In this document: one piece after another, positions 13,250-27,200 of the stretch
How positions within the stretch are numbered: the stretch's first letter is position 1
How the letters are laid out: the number at the start of each line of letters is the position of its first letter
Source: Mobula hypostoma
Lineage: Eukaryota
DNA: 64,000 bases
NCBI RefSeq assembly: GCF_963921235.1
Contig: NC_086097.1
Span: 170,316,001-170,380,000, forward strand
Direction: 5' to 3'
Notes under the pieces: model-generated
What the model was told of the DNA's origin: nothing
What the model saw: the letters and a program-made list of their open reading frames with translations, nothing else
Databases searched by the model: none
Position numbers and translations under genes: made by a program

Positions 13250-16200
13250 GTGAATAGCCAGAGGTCATGGTACATATTGGCATCAATGACATAGGTAGGA
13301 AAAGGGAGGAGGTTCTGAAAATGGATTACAGGGAACTAGGAAAGAAACTAAGAAGTAGGACCACAAGGGTAGTAATCTCAAGATTACTGCCAGTGCCACG
13401 CAACAGTGAGTATAGGAATACAGTGAGGTGGAGGATAAATTCGTGCCTGAGAGATTGGAGCAGGAGGCAGGGATTCAGATTTCTGGATCATTGGGACCTC
13501 TTTTTGGGCAGACGTGACCTGTATATTAAGGATGGGTTGCACTTGAATCTGAGGGGGACCAATATCCTGGCAGGGATGTTTGCTAAGACTATTGGGGAGA
13601 GTTTAAACTAGAATTGCTGGGGGAGGGGCTGGAAACTAAACTGAAGAGATGGAGAAAGAGGCGGTTGGCTCACAAATAGAGAAAGCTTGTAGGCAGTGTG
13701 AGAGGGAGGATAGGCAGGTGATAGAGAAGGAATGCGCTCAGACCAATGGTTTGAGATGTGTCTATTTTAATGCAAGGAGTATCATGAACAAAGCGGATGA
13801 GCTTAGAGTGTGGATCAATACTTGGAGCTATGATGTTGTGGCCATTACAGGGACTTGGATGGCTCAGGGGCAGGAACAGCTACTTAGAGTGCCAGGGTGG
13901 GGGCAAAAGAGGTGGGGGTGTGGCACTGCTGAGCAGGGATTGTCTACTGAGTCTCTGTGGGTGGAAGTTAGAAACAGGAAGGGGTCAATAACTCTACTGG
14001 GTGTTTTTTAATAGATCACTCAATAGTAACAGGGACATCGAGGAGTAGATAGGGAGACAGATTCTGGAATAGTGCAATAATAACAAGGTTGTCGTGATGG
14101 GAGATTTTAATTTCCCCATTATTGATTGGCACCTCCCAAGAGCAAAGGGTTTAGATAGGGTGGAGTTTGTTAAGTGTGTTCAGGAAGGTTTCCTGACACA
14201 ATATGTAGATAAGCCTACAAGAGGAGAGTCTGTACTTGATCTGGTATTAGGAGGTAAACCTGGTCAGGTGTCAGGTAGCTCAGTGGGAGAGCATTTTGGA
14301 GACAGTGATCACAATTCTATCTCCTTTACCGTAGCATTGGAGAGGGACAGGAGCAGACAAGTTAGGAAAACGTTTAATTGGAGTACACATTTATAAAAAG
14401 AAATATAAAGCTATCAGGCAGGAACTATAAATTGGGAGCAGATGTTCTCAGGGAAATGTATGGCAGAAATATGTCAAATGTTCAGGGGATATTTGCATTG
14501 TGTTCTGCATAGGTACATTCCAATGAGACAGGAAAAGGATGGTAGAGTACAGGAACCATGGTGTACAAAGGCTGTTGAAAATCTAGTCAAGAGAAAAAGA
14601 AAAGCTTATGAAAGGTTCAAAAAACTAGGTAATGATAGAGATCTAGAAAATTATAAGGCTAGCAGGAAGGAGCTTAAGAATGAAATTAGGAGAGCCACAA
14701 GAGGCCACGAGAAGGCCTTGGCAAGCAGGATTAAGGAAAACCCCAAGGCATTCTACAAGTATGTGAAGAGCAAGAGGATGACATGTGAGAGAATAGGACC
14801 AATCAAGTATGGCAGTGGAAAAGTGTGTATGGAACCAGAGGAGGTAGCGGAGGTACTTAATGATACTTTGCTTCAGTATTTACTACGGAAAAGGACCTTG
14901 GCGATTGTAGGATGACTTACAGTAGATTGAAAAGCTTGAGCCTATAGACATTAAGAAAGAGGATGTGCTGGAGCTTTTGGAAAGCATCAAGTTGGATAAG
15001 TCACCAGGACCAGATGAGATATACCCTAGGCTACTGTGGGAGGCAAGGGAGGAGATTGCTGAGCCTCTGGCAATGATTTTTGCATCATCAGTGGGGATGG
15101 AAGAGGTTCAGGAGGATTGGAGGGTTGCAGATGTTGTTCCCTTATTCAAGAAAGGGAGTAAAGATAGCCTGGAAATTATAGACCAATGAGTCTATAATGA
15201 TTGGTAAGTTGATGGAGAAGATCCTGAGAGGCAGGATTTATGAACATTTGGAGAGGCAGAATATGATTAGGAATAGACAGTATGGTTTTGTCGAAGGCAG
15301 GTCGTGCCTTATGAGTCTGATTGAATTTTTTGAGGATATGACTAAACACATTGATGAAGGTAGAGCAGTAGATGTAGTGTATGTGGATTTTCAGCAAGGC
15401 ATTTGTTAAGGTACCCCATACAAAGCTTATTGAGAAAGTAAGGAGGCATGGGAAGCAAGGCGGCCTTGCTTTGTGGATCCAGAATTAGCTTACCCACAGA
15501 AGGCAAAGAGTTGTTGTTTAAAGTCTGTCACGAGACTTGCGGCCCATCAGGCCAGTGCTTATGCTGGTTTCCATGGCGTGAAGTGACTGAGAGTACAAGA
15601 CTTCCCCCTGGATAGGATGCCAGTCTGTTGCGAGGTTAACCTCCAGCATTTTTGTTGGTACCCATTCTCAGCTGGGTAGACTGGAGCATTGTGTGGTTAA
15701 GTGCCTTGCTCAAGGACGCACATGCTGCCTTGGCCGAGGCTCGAACCCATGACCTTCAGCTCGCTAGTCCATCGCCCTAACTACTTGGCCATGTGCCACT
15801 AAGAGTATTTGTAGACAGGTCATATTGTGCATGGAGGTCGGTGACCAGTAGTGTGCCTCAGAGATCTGTTCTTGGACCCCTTCTGTTCGTGATTTTTATA
15901 AATGACCTGGATGAGGAAGTGGAGGAATGGGTTAGTAAATTTGCTGTTGACACAAAGGTTGGGGGTGTTGTGGATAGTGGATAGGACTGTCAGAGGTTAC
16001 AGCAGGACATCAATAGGATGCAAAACTGGGCTGAGAATTGCCAGATGGATTTCAACCCAGATAAGTGTGAGGTGGTTCATTTTGGTAGGTCAAATATGAT
16101 GGCAGAATATAGTATTAATGGTAAGACTCCAGGCAGTGTGGAGGATCAGAGGGGTCTTGGGGTCCAAGTCCAAAGGACACTCAAAGCTGCTGTGCAGGTT

Positions 16201-16875
16201 GACTGTGTAGTTAAGAAGGTATACAGTGCATTGGTCTTCATCAACTGTGGGATTGAGTTCAAGAGCTGAGAGTTAATGTTACAGCTATATAGGACCCTGG
16301 TCAGACCACACTTGGAGTACTGTGCTCAGTTCTGGTCACCTCACTACACGAACCATGTGGAAACTATAGAAAGGGTGCAGAGGAGATTTAGAAGGATGTT
16401 GCCTGGATTGGGGAGCATGTTTTATGAGAATAGGTTGAGTGAACTTGGACTTTTCTCTTTGCAGGGACGGAGGATAAGAGGTAACCTGATAGAGGTGTTT
16501 AAGATGATGAGAGGCATTGATTGTGTGGATAGTCAGGAGCTTTTTCCCAGGGCTGACATGACTAACACGAGAGGACACAGCTTTAAGGTGCTTGAAAGTA
16601 GGTACAGTGGAGATGTCAGGGGTAAGTTTTTTTACACAGAGAGTGAAAAAAACAGAGAGTGATGAGTGCATGGAATAGGCTGCCAGCAACGGTGGTGGAA
16701 GCGGATACAATAAGGGTCTTTTAAGAGACTCTTGGATAGGTACATGAAGCTTAGAAAAACAGAGGGCTATGTGTAACCATAGGCAATTTCTAAAGTAAGT
16801 ACATGTTCGGCACAGCATTGTGTGCCGAAGGGCCTGTATTGTGCTGTACGTTTTCTATGTTCTATGTTTTATGTT
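13250..16875 (+). mobile_element. 5'-truncated CR1 LINE: ORF1 esterase C-terminus plus broken ORF2
   Basis: VHIGINDIG...DGLHLN (SGNH); YFNARSI, GDFNFP and SDHN (APE); RT motifs; (ttctatg)n tail; many stops and frameshifts. Confidence 0.93.
15518..15799 (-). mobile_element. tRNA-derived SINE with CORE-like domain, inserted in CR1 RT
   Basis: A box TGGCCAAGTAG, B box GGTTCGAGCC, then gtccttgagcaaggcacttaacc; degenerate duplication aagagt(tg/at)ttgt. Confidence 0.8.
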
Positions 16876-18035
16876 CTCTTGGATTTTAAAAGATTCCCAA
16901 TCCTCTAACTTCCCATTATTTTTTTGCTCTATTATATTCTGTATGTTTGGCTTTTATGTTGGCTTTGACTTCTCTTGTCAGCCGCAGTTGCATCATCCTG
17001 CCTTTAGAATATTCCTCCTTCTTTAGGATGTATCTATACTGTGCCTTCTGAATTGTTCCCAGAAATGCCAGCTATTGCTGCTCTGCTAGAGTTCCTTTCC
17101 AATCAATGTTGGCCAGCACCTCTCTTATGCCTCTAATTCCCTTTACTCTATTGTAATACCGGTACATCTGACTTAACTACCCCTTCTCAGATTGCAGGGT
17201 GAATTCTATCACATTATGATCGCATCCTCAAAAGGTTTCTTTACCTTAAGTTCTCTCATGAATTTCAGTTCACAGTACAACACCTAATCCAGAATAGCTG
17301 ATCCCCAGTTGGGCTCAACCACAAGAAGCTCTAAAAAGCCATCTCATTGGCACTCTACAAATAATCCCTCTTGGGATCCAGCACCAACCTGATATTCCCA
17401 ATCTACCTGCATATTGAATTCCCCCATGACAATCGCAACATTGCTCTTTTGACATGCATTTTCTATCCCAATCGTAATTTGTACACCACGTTTTTGTTAC
17501 TTTTGGAGGTCTGTATATAACTCCCATCAGGGTCTTTGTACCTTCTTCGCTCTACCCAAAATGATCATATGCCTTCCCCCACAACAGTTCCTTAGCCACA
17601 CAACTTTCTGCCAAATACTCCTATTCTTACCGTAATGGCATGTGGCATAGGCAGCAATCCAGAGATTAGGTTATCCGGGAGGCTGGAAATCTCCCAGAAC
17701 TCCCACATCTCACACACAACCCTGAAACCAGTCTCACTGCACTAACTGTGCCCTAACTGATAAGGAATGAAGAAAAGGAAGAAAAACCGACCAGATAATT
17801 GCCTCACGCAAACCTGATGAGCCAAAGCTTCTCCAGTACTGGCCCACTCACACAATGGCTGCTCTGCTTGCCCCTGCCTTCTTTTTAAATTTGTGCTTTC
17901 TGATGAATCCCATTCACTGATTGGGCTCAGTACAATTCTGAAAATCGCTGCAAAGTGCTGCCTATTTTACCTTCAGCTGTGGATTTAAGTGAAATTGACA
18001 AGTGGCAGAGAGGAGTGCCGCGGGTAGGGGATGGC

Positions 18036-19105
18036 ACGGGCACAGACGCACCCAGCCCTGACACGTGGATGCATGGACGCAGACGGACCCGGCCCTGACA
18101 CGTGGATGCAGGGGCGCAGATGCACCTGGCCCTGACACGTGGATGCAGGGGCGCAGACGCACCCGGCCCTGACACGTGGATGCACGGGCGCAGACGCACC
18201 CGGCCCTGACACGTGGATGCACGGGCGCAGACGCACCCGGCCCTGACACGTGGATGCAGGGGCGCAGACGCACCCGGCCCTGACACGTGGATGCACGGGC
18301 GCAGACGCACCCAGCCCTGACACGTGGATGCAGGGGCGCAGACGCACCCGGCCCTGACACGTGGATGCACGGGCGCAGGCGCACCCACCCCTGACACGTG
18401 GATGCATGGGCGCAGACGCACCCGGCCCTGACACGTGGATGCAGGGACGCAGGCGCACCCACCCCTGACACGTGGATGCAGGGATGCAGACGCACCCGGC
18501 CCTGACACGTGGATGCACGGGCGCAGGCGCACCCAGCCCTGACACGTGGATGCACGGGCACAGACGCACCCGGCCCTGACACGTGGATGCACGGGCGCAG
18601 GCGCACCCAGCCCTGACAAGTGGATGCACGGGCGCAGGCACACCCAGCCCTGAGAAATGGATGCATGGGTGCAGACACACCCAGACCTGACACATGGATG
18701 CACGGGCGCAGATGCACCCAGACCTGACAAGTGGATGCACGGGCACAGACGCACCCGGCCCTGACACGTGGATGCACGGGCACAGATGCACCCGGCCCTG
18801 ACACGTGGATGCACGGGCACAGACGCACCCGGCCCTGACACGTGGATGCACGGGCACAGATGCACCCGGCCCTGACACGTGGATGCACGGGCACAGACGC
18901 ACCCGGCCCTGACACGTGGATGCACGGGCGCAGGCGCACCCAGCCCTGACAAGTGGATGCACGGGCACAGACGCACCCGGCCCTGACACGTGGATGCACG
19001 GGCGCAGGCACACCCAGCCCTGAGAAATGGATGCATGGGTGCAGACACACCCAGACCTGACACATGGATGCACGGGCGCAGATGCACCCAGCCCTGAGAC
19101 ATGGA
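18036..19105. repeat. 37-bp GC/CpG-rich minisatellite, ~29 units
   Basis: Unit cctgacacgtggatgcacgggcgcagacgcacccggc; period confirmed at 18061 and 18098. Confidence 0.97.
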
Positions 19106-19144
19106 TGGTTATTTGATTCCAATCAACTTGTTTATTGATCATTA

Positions 19145-19210
19145 CAGTACTGTGCAAAAGTCTTGCGCATCCTAGCTATATATATGTGCCTAAGACTTTT
19201 GTACAGTACT
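19145..19210. mobile_element. ~66-bp Tc1/mariner-type MITE
   Basis: TA|CAGTACTGTGCAAAAGTCTT...AAGACTTTTGTACAGTACT inverted termini. Confidence 0.75.
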
Positions 19211-19214
19211 TTAT

Positions 19215-20558
19215 GGACTAGTGAGTCTTATATCTGTGATAGGGAAGTTACTGAAGAGAATCCTTAGGGATAGGATTTATGAGAATTTGAAAAACCATGG
19301 CCTAAGTAGGGAGAGCCAGTATAGCTTTGTGTGGGATAAGTTGTGTCTTACTAACTTGTTTGAGTTTTTTGAGGAAGTGACTAGGGTGAACGATGAAGGT
19401 AAGGCTGTAGATGTTGTCTGCATGGATTTTAGTAATGCATTTGACAGGGTCCCTCATGTGAGGTTCATCCAGAAGATTAATATGCATGGGATCCATGGTG
19501 AATTGGCTGTTTGAAATCAGAACTGGCTTGCCCATTGAAGACAGATGATAGTGGTCAAAGGGACTTAATCTAGCTGGAGAACTGTGATTAGTGGTGTTCT
19601 ACAGGGATCTATATTTGGACCTCTACCGCTTGTGATGTACTGGGTAAATGACCTGGATGAAACTGTAGATGGGTGGGCTAGTAAGTTTGCAGATGATACA
19701 AAGACTAATGGTGTTGTCAATGGTGTGGAAGACTAGCAAAGAATACAGCAGAATATAAATCAGTTGCAGACAGGGGTGGAGAAATGGCAGATGGAGTTTA
19801 ACCTGGCCAAATGTGAAGTGTTGTACAGTGGTAGATCAAATGGAAAGAGACAGTTCACTGTTAAGAGCAAGACCCTTAACAGTGCTGATGAACAGAGTGA
19901 TCTTGGGAACTAAGGTCTTAGCGCCTTGAGAGTGGCTATGCAGGTTGATGGCATATGGCATTCTTACCTTTGCTAGTCGAGGCATTGAGTTCAAAAGTCA
20001 GGTTCAAAATTCTGGTTAAGCCACATCTGGCATATCGCATACAGCTCTGGTTGCCCCATTGCAGGCAGGATGTCGAAGCTTTGGAGAAGATGCAGAAGAG
20101 ATTTACCAGGGTGCTGCCTGGATTAGAGGGCATGTCCTATAATGAGATACCGGACAAACTTGGGTAGTTTTCTCCAAAGCGTCAGAGAGTGAGGGAGATC
20201 TGAAAGGTGACTGTAAGATTATAAGAGGCACAGACAGAGTAGCCAGTGAATATCTCTTCCCCAGGGTTGAAATGTCTAATACCAGAAGGCATGCATTTAA
20301 GCTGGGGGGGGGGGGAAGTTCAAAGGAGATGTGTGGGGCAATTTTTTTTTACACAGAGATTGGTGGTGCCTGGAATGTGCTGACTGGGGTGGTGGTAAAG
20401 GCAGAACATTAAGAGATGTTTGGATAGGCACTCCAACGTGAGAGTAGGTAGGCAGAAGGGATTAATTTAGTTGGCCATTTGATTACTAATTTATTGGTTT
20501 GGCCCAGCATGGTGTGAGGAACCTGTTCCTAAGCTGTACTGTTCTATGTTCTATGTTA
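19215..20558 (+). mobile_element. Degraded CR1 RT 3' fragment
   Basis: CLTNLFEFFEEVT..DFSNAFDRVPH; KFADD; (ttctatg)n tail. Confidence 0.88.
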
Positions 20559-21424
20559 TATTCCCCAGGACTATTGAAAATGAAAATAACAGGAATATTA
20601 ACACACCACTGGATGCTAGGTCTAAATTATAGATTATAACGAAACCATGATTTTCAATGTTAGGCATTTTGGATGCATTCTGGGAGTGAGCGGGGATCTG
20701 AAAGTCACTTTCTAAATGCAATTCATTTTAATTAAAGTTATTGAGCTTTTTTGAGACAATTACATTTGATGGACACCCTCCATCCAGTTTTTGCAATGTT
20801 ATATCCATATATCAGTGCTGTTTGGTCTCTAAGATGGAATTGCTGGTGCAAAGAGCAGTGTTAGGTAGTTAATGGCCACAAAGTCATTGAAAAGCTGCTC
20901 ATGCACATTATGCAGAATTAATTCATTTACTAAATGTGACCTTCAGTGAGAGAGAATGAGGGTGCAGAAAGCGGTTCAATGACATACTATAAAATTGTAC
21001 CAAAGGCTAATTAGCTTTTGATGGACAAGTCATACCAGCTTACAATGCACCTTGACATTATCAAGGAGATGCTCACTTATTTTCCTTGCCAGCAAAGTTA
21101 TTCAAAAAGTTGCAGCAATCTGCTGGAGGAATTCACTGGCTCAAGCAGAAGCTGTTGGGGGAAAGGAACTGTTGGCATTTTGCATTGAAACCCTGCTTCA
21201 GGATATCAGACTGTTGCTCTGGGATCCAGCATCTGCATTCTCTTGTATCTCTATTCAAAAGTTTGCTTTGTTTTCTAGATCACAGCATGTCTTTGTATTT
21301 GGTTGTACAACATTAAGAGGTATACTGTATAACAGTACATTTAATAGCTCAAGCGTTATGATTTCCATGATATAATCATCCATGATAAGCCAAAGTCCAT
21401 ATTAAAAAACATAATTCGAAACTA

Positions 21425-23530
21425 TCAGAATCAGGTTTATTATCACCGCTATGTGATGTGAAATTTGTTAATTTAGCAGTAGCAGTTCAATGCAATACAT
21501 AATCTAGCAGAGATAGAAAAAATAAAACAAAACATAATAAACAAGTAAATCAATTACGTCTATTGACTAGATGATTTAAAAAATGTGCAAAAACAGAAAT
21601 ACTGTATGTTAAAAAAAAAGTGAGCTAGTGTCCAAAGCTTCACTGTCCTTTTAGGAATCGGATGGCAGAGGGGAAGAAGCTGTTCCTGAATGGCTGAGTG
21701 TGTGTCTTCAGGCTTCTGTATCTCCTACCTGATGGTAACAGTGAGAAGAGGGCATGCCCTGGGTGCTCGAGGTACTTAATAATGGACGCTGCCTTTCTGA
21801 CACACTGCTCCCTAAAGATGTCCTTGGTACTTTGTAAGCTAGTGCCCAAGATGGAGCTGACCAGATTTACAATCTTCTGCAGCTTCTTTCGGTCCTGTGC
21901 AGTAGCCCCTCCATACCAGACAGTGATGCAGCCTGTCAGAATGCTCTCCACGGTACAACTATAGAAGTTTTTGAGTGTATTTGTTGACATGCCAAATCTC
22001 TTCAAATTCCTAATCAAGTATAGCCACTGTCTTGCCTTCTTTATAACTACATCGATATGTTGGGACCAGGTTAGATCCTCGGAGATCTTGACACCCAGGA
22101 ACTTGAAACTGCTCACTCTCTCCACTTCTGATCCCTCTATGAGGATTGGCATGTGCTCCTTCGTCTTACCCTTCCTGAAGTCCACAATCAGCTCTTTTGT
22201 CTTACTGATGTTGAGTGCCAGGTTGCTGCTGCGATACCACTCCACTAGTTGGCATATCTCACTCCTGTACACCCTCTCGTCACCACCTGAGATTCTACCA
22301 ACAATGGTTGTATCATCAGCAAATTTATAGATGGTATTTGAGCTATGCCTAGCCACACAGTCATGTGTATATAGAGAGTAGAGCAGTGGGCTAAGCACAC
22401 ACCCCTGAGGTGCGCCAGTGTTGAATTTGTCAGCGAAGAGGATATGTTATCACCAATCCACACAGGCTATGGTCTTCCGGTTAGGAAATTGAGGATCCAA
22501 TTACAGAGGGAGGTACAGAGGCCCAGGTTCTGCAACTTCTCAATCAGGATTGTGGGAATGATAGTATTAAATGCTGAGCTATAGTCGATGAACAGCATCC
22601 TGACGTAGGTGTTTGTGTTGTCTAGGAGGTCTAAAGCTGTGTGAAGAGCCATAGAGATTGCGTCTGCCATTGACCTATTGTGGTGATAGGCAAATTGCAA
22701 TGGGTCCAGGTCCTTGCTGAGGTAGGAGTTCAATCTAGTCACGAGCAACCTTTCAAAGTATTTTATCACTGTCGATGTGAGTGCTACCAAGGGATAGTCG
22801 TTAAGGCAGCCCACATTATTCTTCTTTGGCACTGGTATAATTGTTGCCTTTTTGAAGCAAGTGAGAACTTCTGCCCGTAGCAGTGAGAGGTTGAGAATGT
22901 CTTTGAATACTCCCGCTAGTTGGTCAGCACAGGTTTTCAGAGCCTTACCAGGTACTCCATCAGGACCTTCTGCCTTGCGAGGGTTCACTCTCTTTAAAGA
23001 CAGTCTAACATCAGCCTCTGAGACAGAAATCACAGGGTCATCAGGTGCAGCAGGGATCTTCACAGTTGTAGTTGTGTTCTCCCTTTCAAAGCAGGCATAG
23101 AAGGTGTTGAGTTCATCTGGTAGTGAAACATCGCTGCCATTCATGCTATTGGGTTTCACTTTGTATGAAGTAATGTCTTGCAGTCCCTGACAGAGTTGCT
23201 GTGCATCTGATATTACCTCCAATCTCATTCGAAATTGTCCCTTCACCCTTGAAATAGGCCTCTGCAAATCATACCTGGTTTTCTGGTACAGGCCTGGGTT
23301 GCCAGACTTGAATGCTACAGATCCAGCCTTCAGTAGATGACATACCTCCTGGTTGATCCACGACTTTTGGTTTAGGAATGTACAGCAAGTCTTTGTAGGC
23401 ACACACTCATCCACACAGGTGTTAATGAAGTTGGTAACAACTGCAGCATTCTCATCCAGGTTTGAGGATGAATCCCTGAATACAGTCCAGTACACGATTC
23501 AAAGCAGTCCTGTAGGTGCTCCTGTGATTC
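21425..23530 (-). mobile_element. 5'-truncated Rex1/Babar-clade LINE (RT; ORFs 22467..23495 and 21640..22398)
   Basis: DPLQFAY, LFIDYSSAFNTI, LSPLLYSLYTHDC, KFADDTT and KTKELIVDFRK motifs; tail aataaacctgattctga. Confidence 0.92.
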
Positions 23531-25119
23531 CCTTGTGTAAACTTCAAAAGCCTCACTTGATTGAAATATCAAGTCAAATCAAGTTGAGTTTATTGTCATC
23601 TGACACAAGTACATGTGTGCATGGGTAGAAAGAAAAACCTACAGCACCATCAAAGGCGTATAGCATTAGCCTCTTATTCACAATATAAACAAATTAACAT
23701 AAATTATAAAAAACTGACAAAAAAGAACACAATTAAATAAAGAATTAAAGTAAATTCAATTCAATTCAAACTTGCACAACTCACACAAAATGCTGGAAGA
23801 ACTCAGCAGGTCAGGCAGCATCTATGGAGGGGCTGGAAAGGAAGGGAGCAGAAGTCAGAAGAAGAAGTGGGGAGAGAAAGAGTACAAGCTGATAAATGAT
23901 AAATGCAACCAAGTGAAGGGAGAAGGTGGAACGAAGTAAGAAGATGGGAGGAGATAGTAGCAAGAGGTAAAGGGCTGAAGAAGAGGGAATGTAATAAGAG
24001 AGCACAATGAATTATGCAATTAAGTTATTACTGAAGCAGTGAATGGTTGAAGGGAATAAACTATTCTTGAATCTGGTGATGTGCGTCTCCAGACTTCTAT
24101 ACCTCCTGCCCACTAATAGCTGTGAAAAGATGGCATGGCCTGGATTGTGAGGATTGTTGATAGATGTTGCCTTTTTTCATGTAGATACTTTTAATCCTGG
24201 GGAGTGACGTGCCCCTGATATATTTGGCGGACTCCACCACTGACTGAAATTCCTTGCATTCCTGCACATTTAAATTGCTGAATCAGACCATGATACAACC
24301 AGCTGAGAGACTTTCAACAGTACATCTGTAGAAGTTTGTTAGACCGTTCAGTGACATGACCAAGCTCCTTATATTTCTAAGAAAATAGAGATGCTGACCA
24401 GCCTTCCTTTTTGATCAGTACTTCAGAGATTCATTGATTTGCTTCTCCTCAGTGCTTGGGATATCTAAGTCAATGCTGAAATGTGGTGCCTTAGAAGAAA
24501 GTTTGAACTTGAAAACAAGAAACTCTGGGCACCTGTGCTGAGAAGCATGAATCCTTCATCCACTCTCTGGAACCTTCCATGAAAGCCAGCAGACCAAGTG
24601 ACAGAAGTGGCATCCCATTCACTGGGATCTTGGCAACAGCTCCCTCTAATCCTTGCAGTCATGGAGGTGCTTCTGGATTGACCTATTCAGTTTTCAGCAA
24701 GGCATGCCTGACATTGTTGAAAATTAAAATACTGCAGCTGCTGGAAACCCGAGATAAAAGCAGAAGATACTGGGAACATCAGCAGGCCAGGTAGTATCTG
24801 TGGAAAGAAAACAGTCAATATTTTAGGCTAATGACAAATGTAATAGGAGATTGATTCAATTAAAGATAGATAAATGTTTCTGCGGCTGCTCGTTTGACAT
24901 CAAGGTGACACGTTGCCTCCTTGATATTAGGTTCAAGGATGTTATCAAGGGGCTCCAGAGCCTCTTGCAGAAGGATAGTGGATATCAACGTTTTATGATG
25001 TGTGGATACTAATTAAGTAGATTTCAAAAAAGGAAGAGATCCTGCATGCTGGGAGTTAAGAGATAAATTATAAAACAAGATCTCAAAGACAATAATTTCA
25101 GTGTTATTCCCATAGACAG

Positions 25120-25782
25120 AATGTGTGGTGATATCCAAAAAGAAGGAAACTCCTATCTGCAGGCTGAGAATAAACAGGGAAGACATAAAACAACTACAGA
25201 ACTTTTGCTACTTAGGAAGCTGAGTGACATCAGATGGCAGGTGCGACTTGGACATCAAAAGAAGAATAGGGATGGCAAAAGACACCTTTACGAGAATGAG
25301 GAGTATACTGACCAATACTAAACTAGACATGACAACCTGCCTCAGAGTACTGAAATATTACGTTTATCCAGTTATGTTATATGGCTCAGAATGTTGGACA
25401 ATATCTAGTAACATGAGGGAATGAATTGTAGCAGCAGAGATGTGGTTTTTGAGGAGGATGCAAAGAATATCATGGATGAAATGAATATCTAATGAGGATG
25501 TCATGAACAGAGCAAACACAAAAAGAGAAATAATGCACGAGATCATGAAAAGGCAACGTAACTTAATTAGACGTGATTAGGAAAGAGTAATTAGAATGCA
25601 CGGTAATTATGGGAAAGACTGAAGGGAAGAAAGCAAGAGGAAGACAAAGACAAATGATGATGGAGACAGCAGCCAGAGAACTGGAAATGAATACCAATGA
25701 ATTGATTCACTTGACCCGAAACAGGAGTTTGTGGGCCATGGCAGACAAAGCTCAAACTGGGCATGGCACCTGATGATGACGA
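25120..25782 (+). mobile_element. RTE-clade LINE 3' fragment
   Basis: SDGRCDLDIKRRIGMAK..LKYYVYPVMLYGSECWT; (tga)n tail. Confidence 0.85.
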
Positions 25783-25899
25783 TTATTCCCATAGCCACGT
25801 AAAAATGAGAGCAGAAGTGGAGGAAAGATGGATGCTGATAATTGGGACATTGATTCTTGAGAAGTTATACTGGGGGACTTTTAGGACTGGGGAATCTAG

Positions 25900-27200
25900 G
25901 GTGATCAGCTGAGCAAGTGGACCGAGGAATGGCAAATAAAGTTTAATTTAGATAAGTGCGAAGAGAAAGCCAGATCAAGGTAGGATTTTCACAGCAAACA
26001 CTAAGGGCTCTGGGAGTGTTATGGAACAAGGGCACCTAGGAGTAACAGTATGGTACCCTGAGAGTGGATTCACAGGTAAACTATCTTTTCTTCACCAATC
26101 TGGGCATTGAGTATAAAAGTTAGGAGGTCATGATGTAGTTGTGCAGTACACTGGTGCAGCTGCACTTGTATTATGTTCAGTTTTGGCCACCATGCCATAG
26201 GAAAGATGCCATTAAATTGGAAAGAGTGCAGAAAAAATCTTACAAAAATGTTGCCAAGGCTTGAGTGACTGAGTTATAGGGAGAGATTAGACAGTTTAGG
26301 ACTTTATTCCTTGGAGCTTAGGACACTGAGAGGTGACCTCAGACTCTTCCCCTACCAGAAGCCCTGAATGTACCATGAGGTCTGCAATCTGCTGAGGGCA
26401 ACATCAGAGGATTTCAAGCCTGCCAACCAATAATGTTACAAGAGGTCAAGGTACAATCTCTGGAAAGCCATTTCACTGGCAAAGTGGCAATTCTTGACTA
26501 AACTTGAGCCAATGAAGGATACTTAACAGCTATAGCAGGGCATTAATGCTATCACCTCTTACAAAGTGAACTCAAGAGGCATAGGTTGACAACAGGGCTT
26601 CGCTTCCAGATGACCTTAATGCCTTCTATTCTCACTTTGACCACCAAAACATGGAGGAACCATCATGAACTCCTATAGTCCCTGATGACCCTATGATTTC
26701 AGACTCTGAGGCTGACATGAGAGCATCTCTCAGGAGGATGACCCGATGGAGAGCTTCCAGTCCAGACGGGGTACCAGGCTGAGTACCAAAGATCAACAAG
26801 CTGGATTGTTCACTAAGATCTTTAACCTCTCACTTTGTCAGTCTGGCAAGCTTCAAGAGAGGAGAGGGGTAGAAGAAAGGAAATTATAGGCCAGTTAGTC
26901 TGACCTCAGTGGTTGAGAAGATGTTGGAGTTGATTGTTAAGGATGTGGTTTTGGGGTACTTAGATGCACATGATAAAATAGTCTGTAGTCAGCTTGGTTT
27001 CCTTAAGGGAAAATCTTGCCTAACAAATATGCTGCAATTCTTTGAGGAAGTAACAAGCAGGAAAGATGAAGGAGAATTTGAAGATGCTGTTTACTTGGAT
27101 CTTCAGAAGGCCTTTGACAAGATGCTACACATAAGACTACTTAACAAGTTAAGAGCCAATGATATTACAGGAAAGATAGTAGCATGGATAGAGCATTGGT
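25900..27200 (+). mobile_element. Patchwork of CR1 and Rex1 fragments
   Basis: CR1 RT pieces ~25900-26340 and ~26850-27200 flank a Rex piece ~26340-26850 homologous to 22900-23380. Confidence 0.7.

Larger units (their letters stand above)
12570..17930 (-). mobile_element. Old deleted CR1 split by a younger CR1 (pieces ~12570-13250 and ~16876-17930)
   Basis: Minus-strand ORF2 sequence stops at ttagttgccttctg (~13249) and resumes at ttggattttaaaagattccc (~16879); endonuclease, ORF1 and 5'UTR remnants follow. Confidence 0.75.

Noticed and set aside
18036..19105. CRISPR-like array (37-bp period)
   Set aside because: Units are contiguous with no unique spacers, there are no cas genes, and the context is eukaryotic
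17927..19157. Three overlapping ~390-aa Cys/His/Arg-rich ORFs
   Set aside because: Artefact of a 37-bp repeat with no minus-strand stop; all three frames give the same cycling peptide
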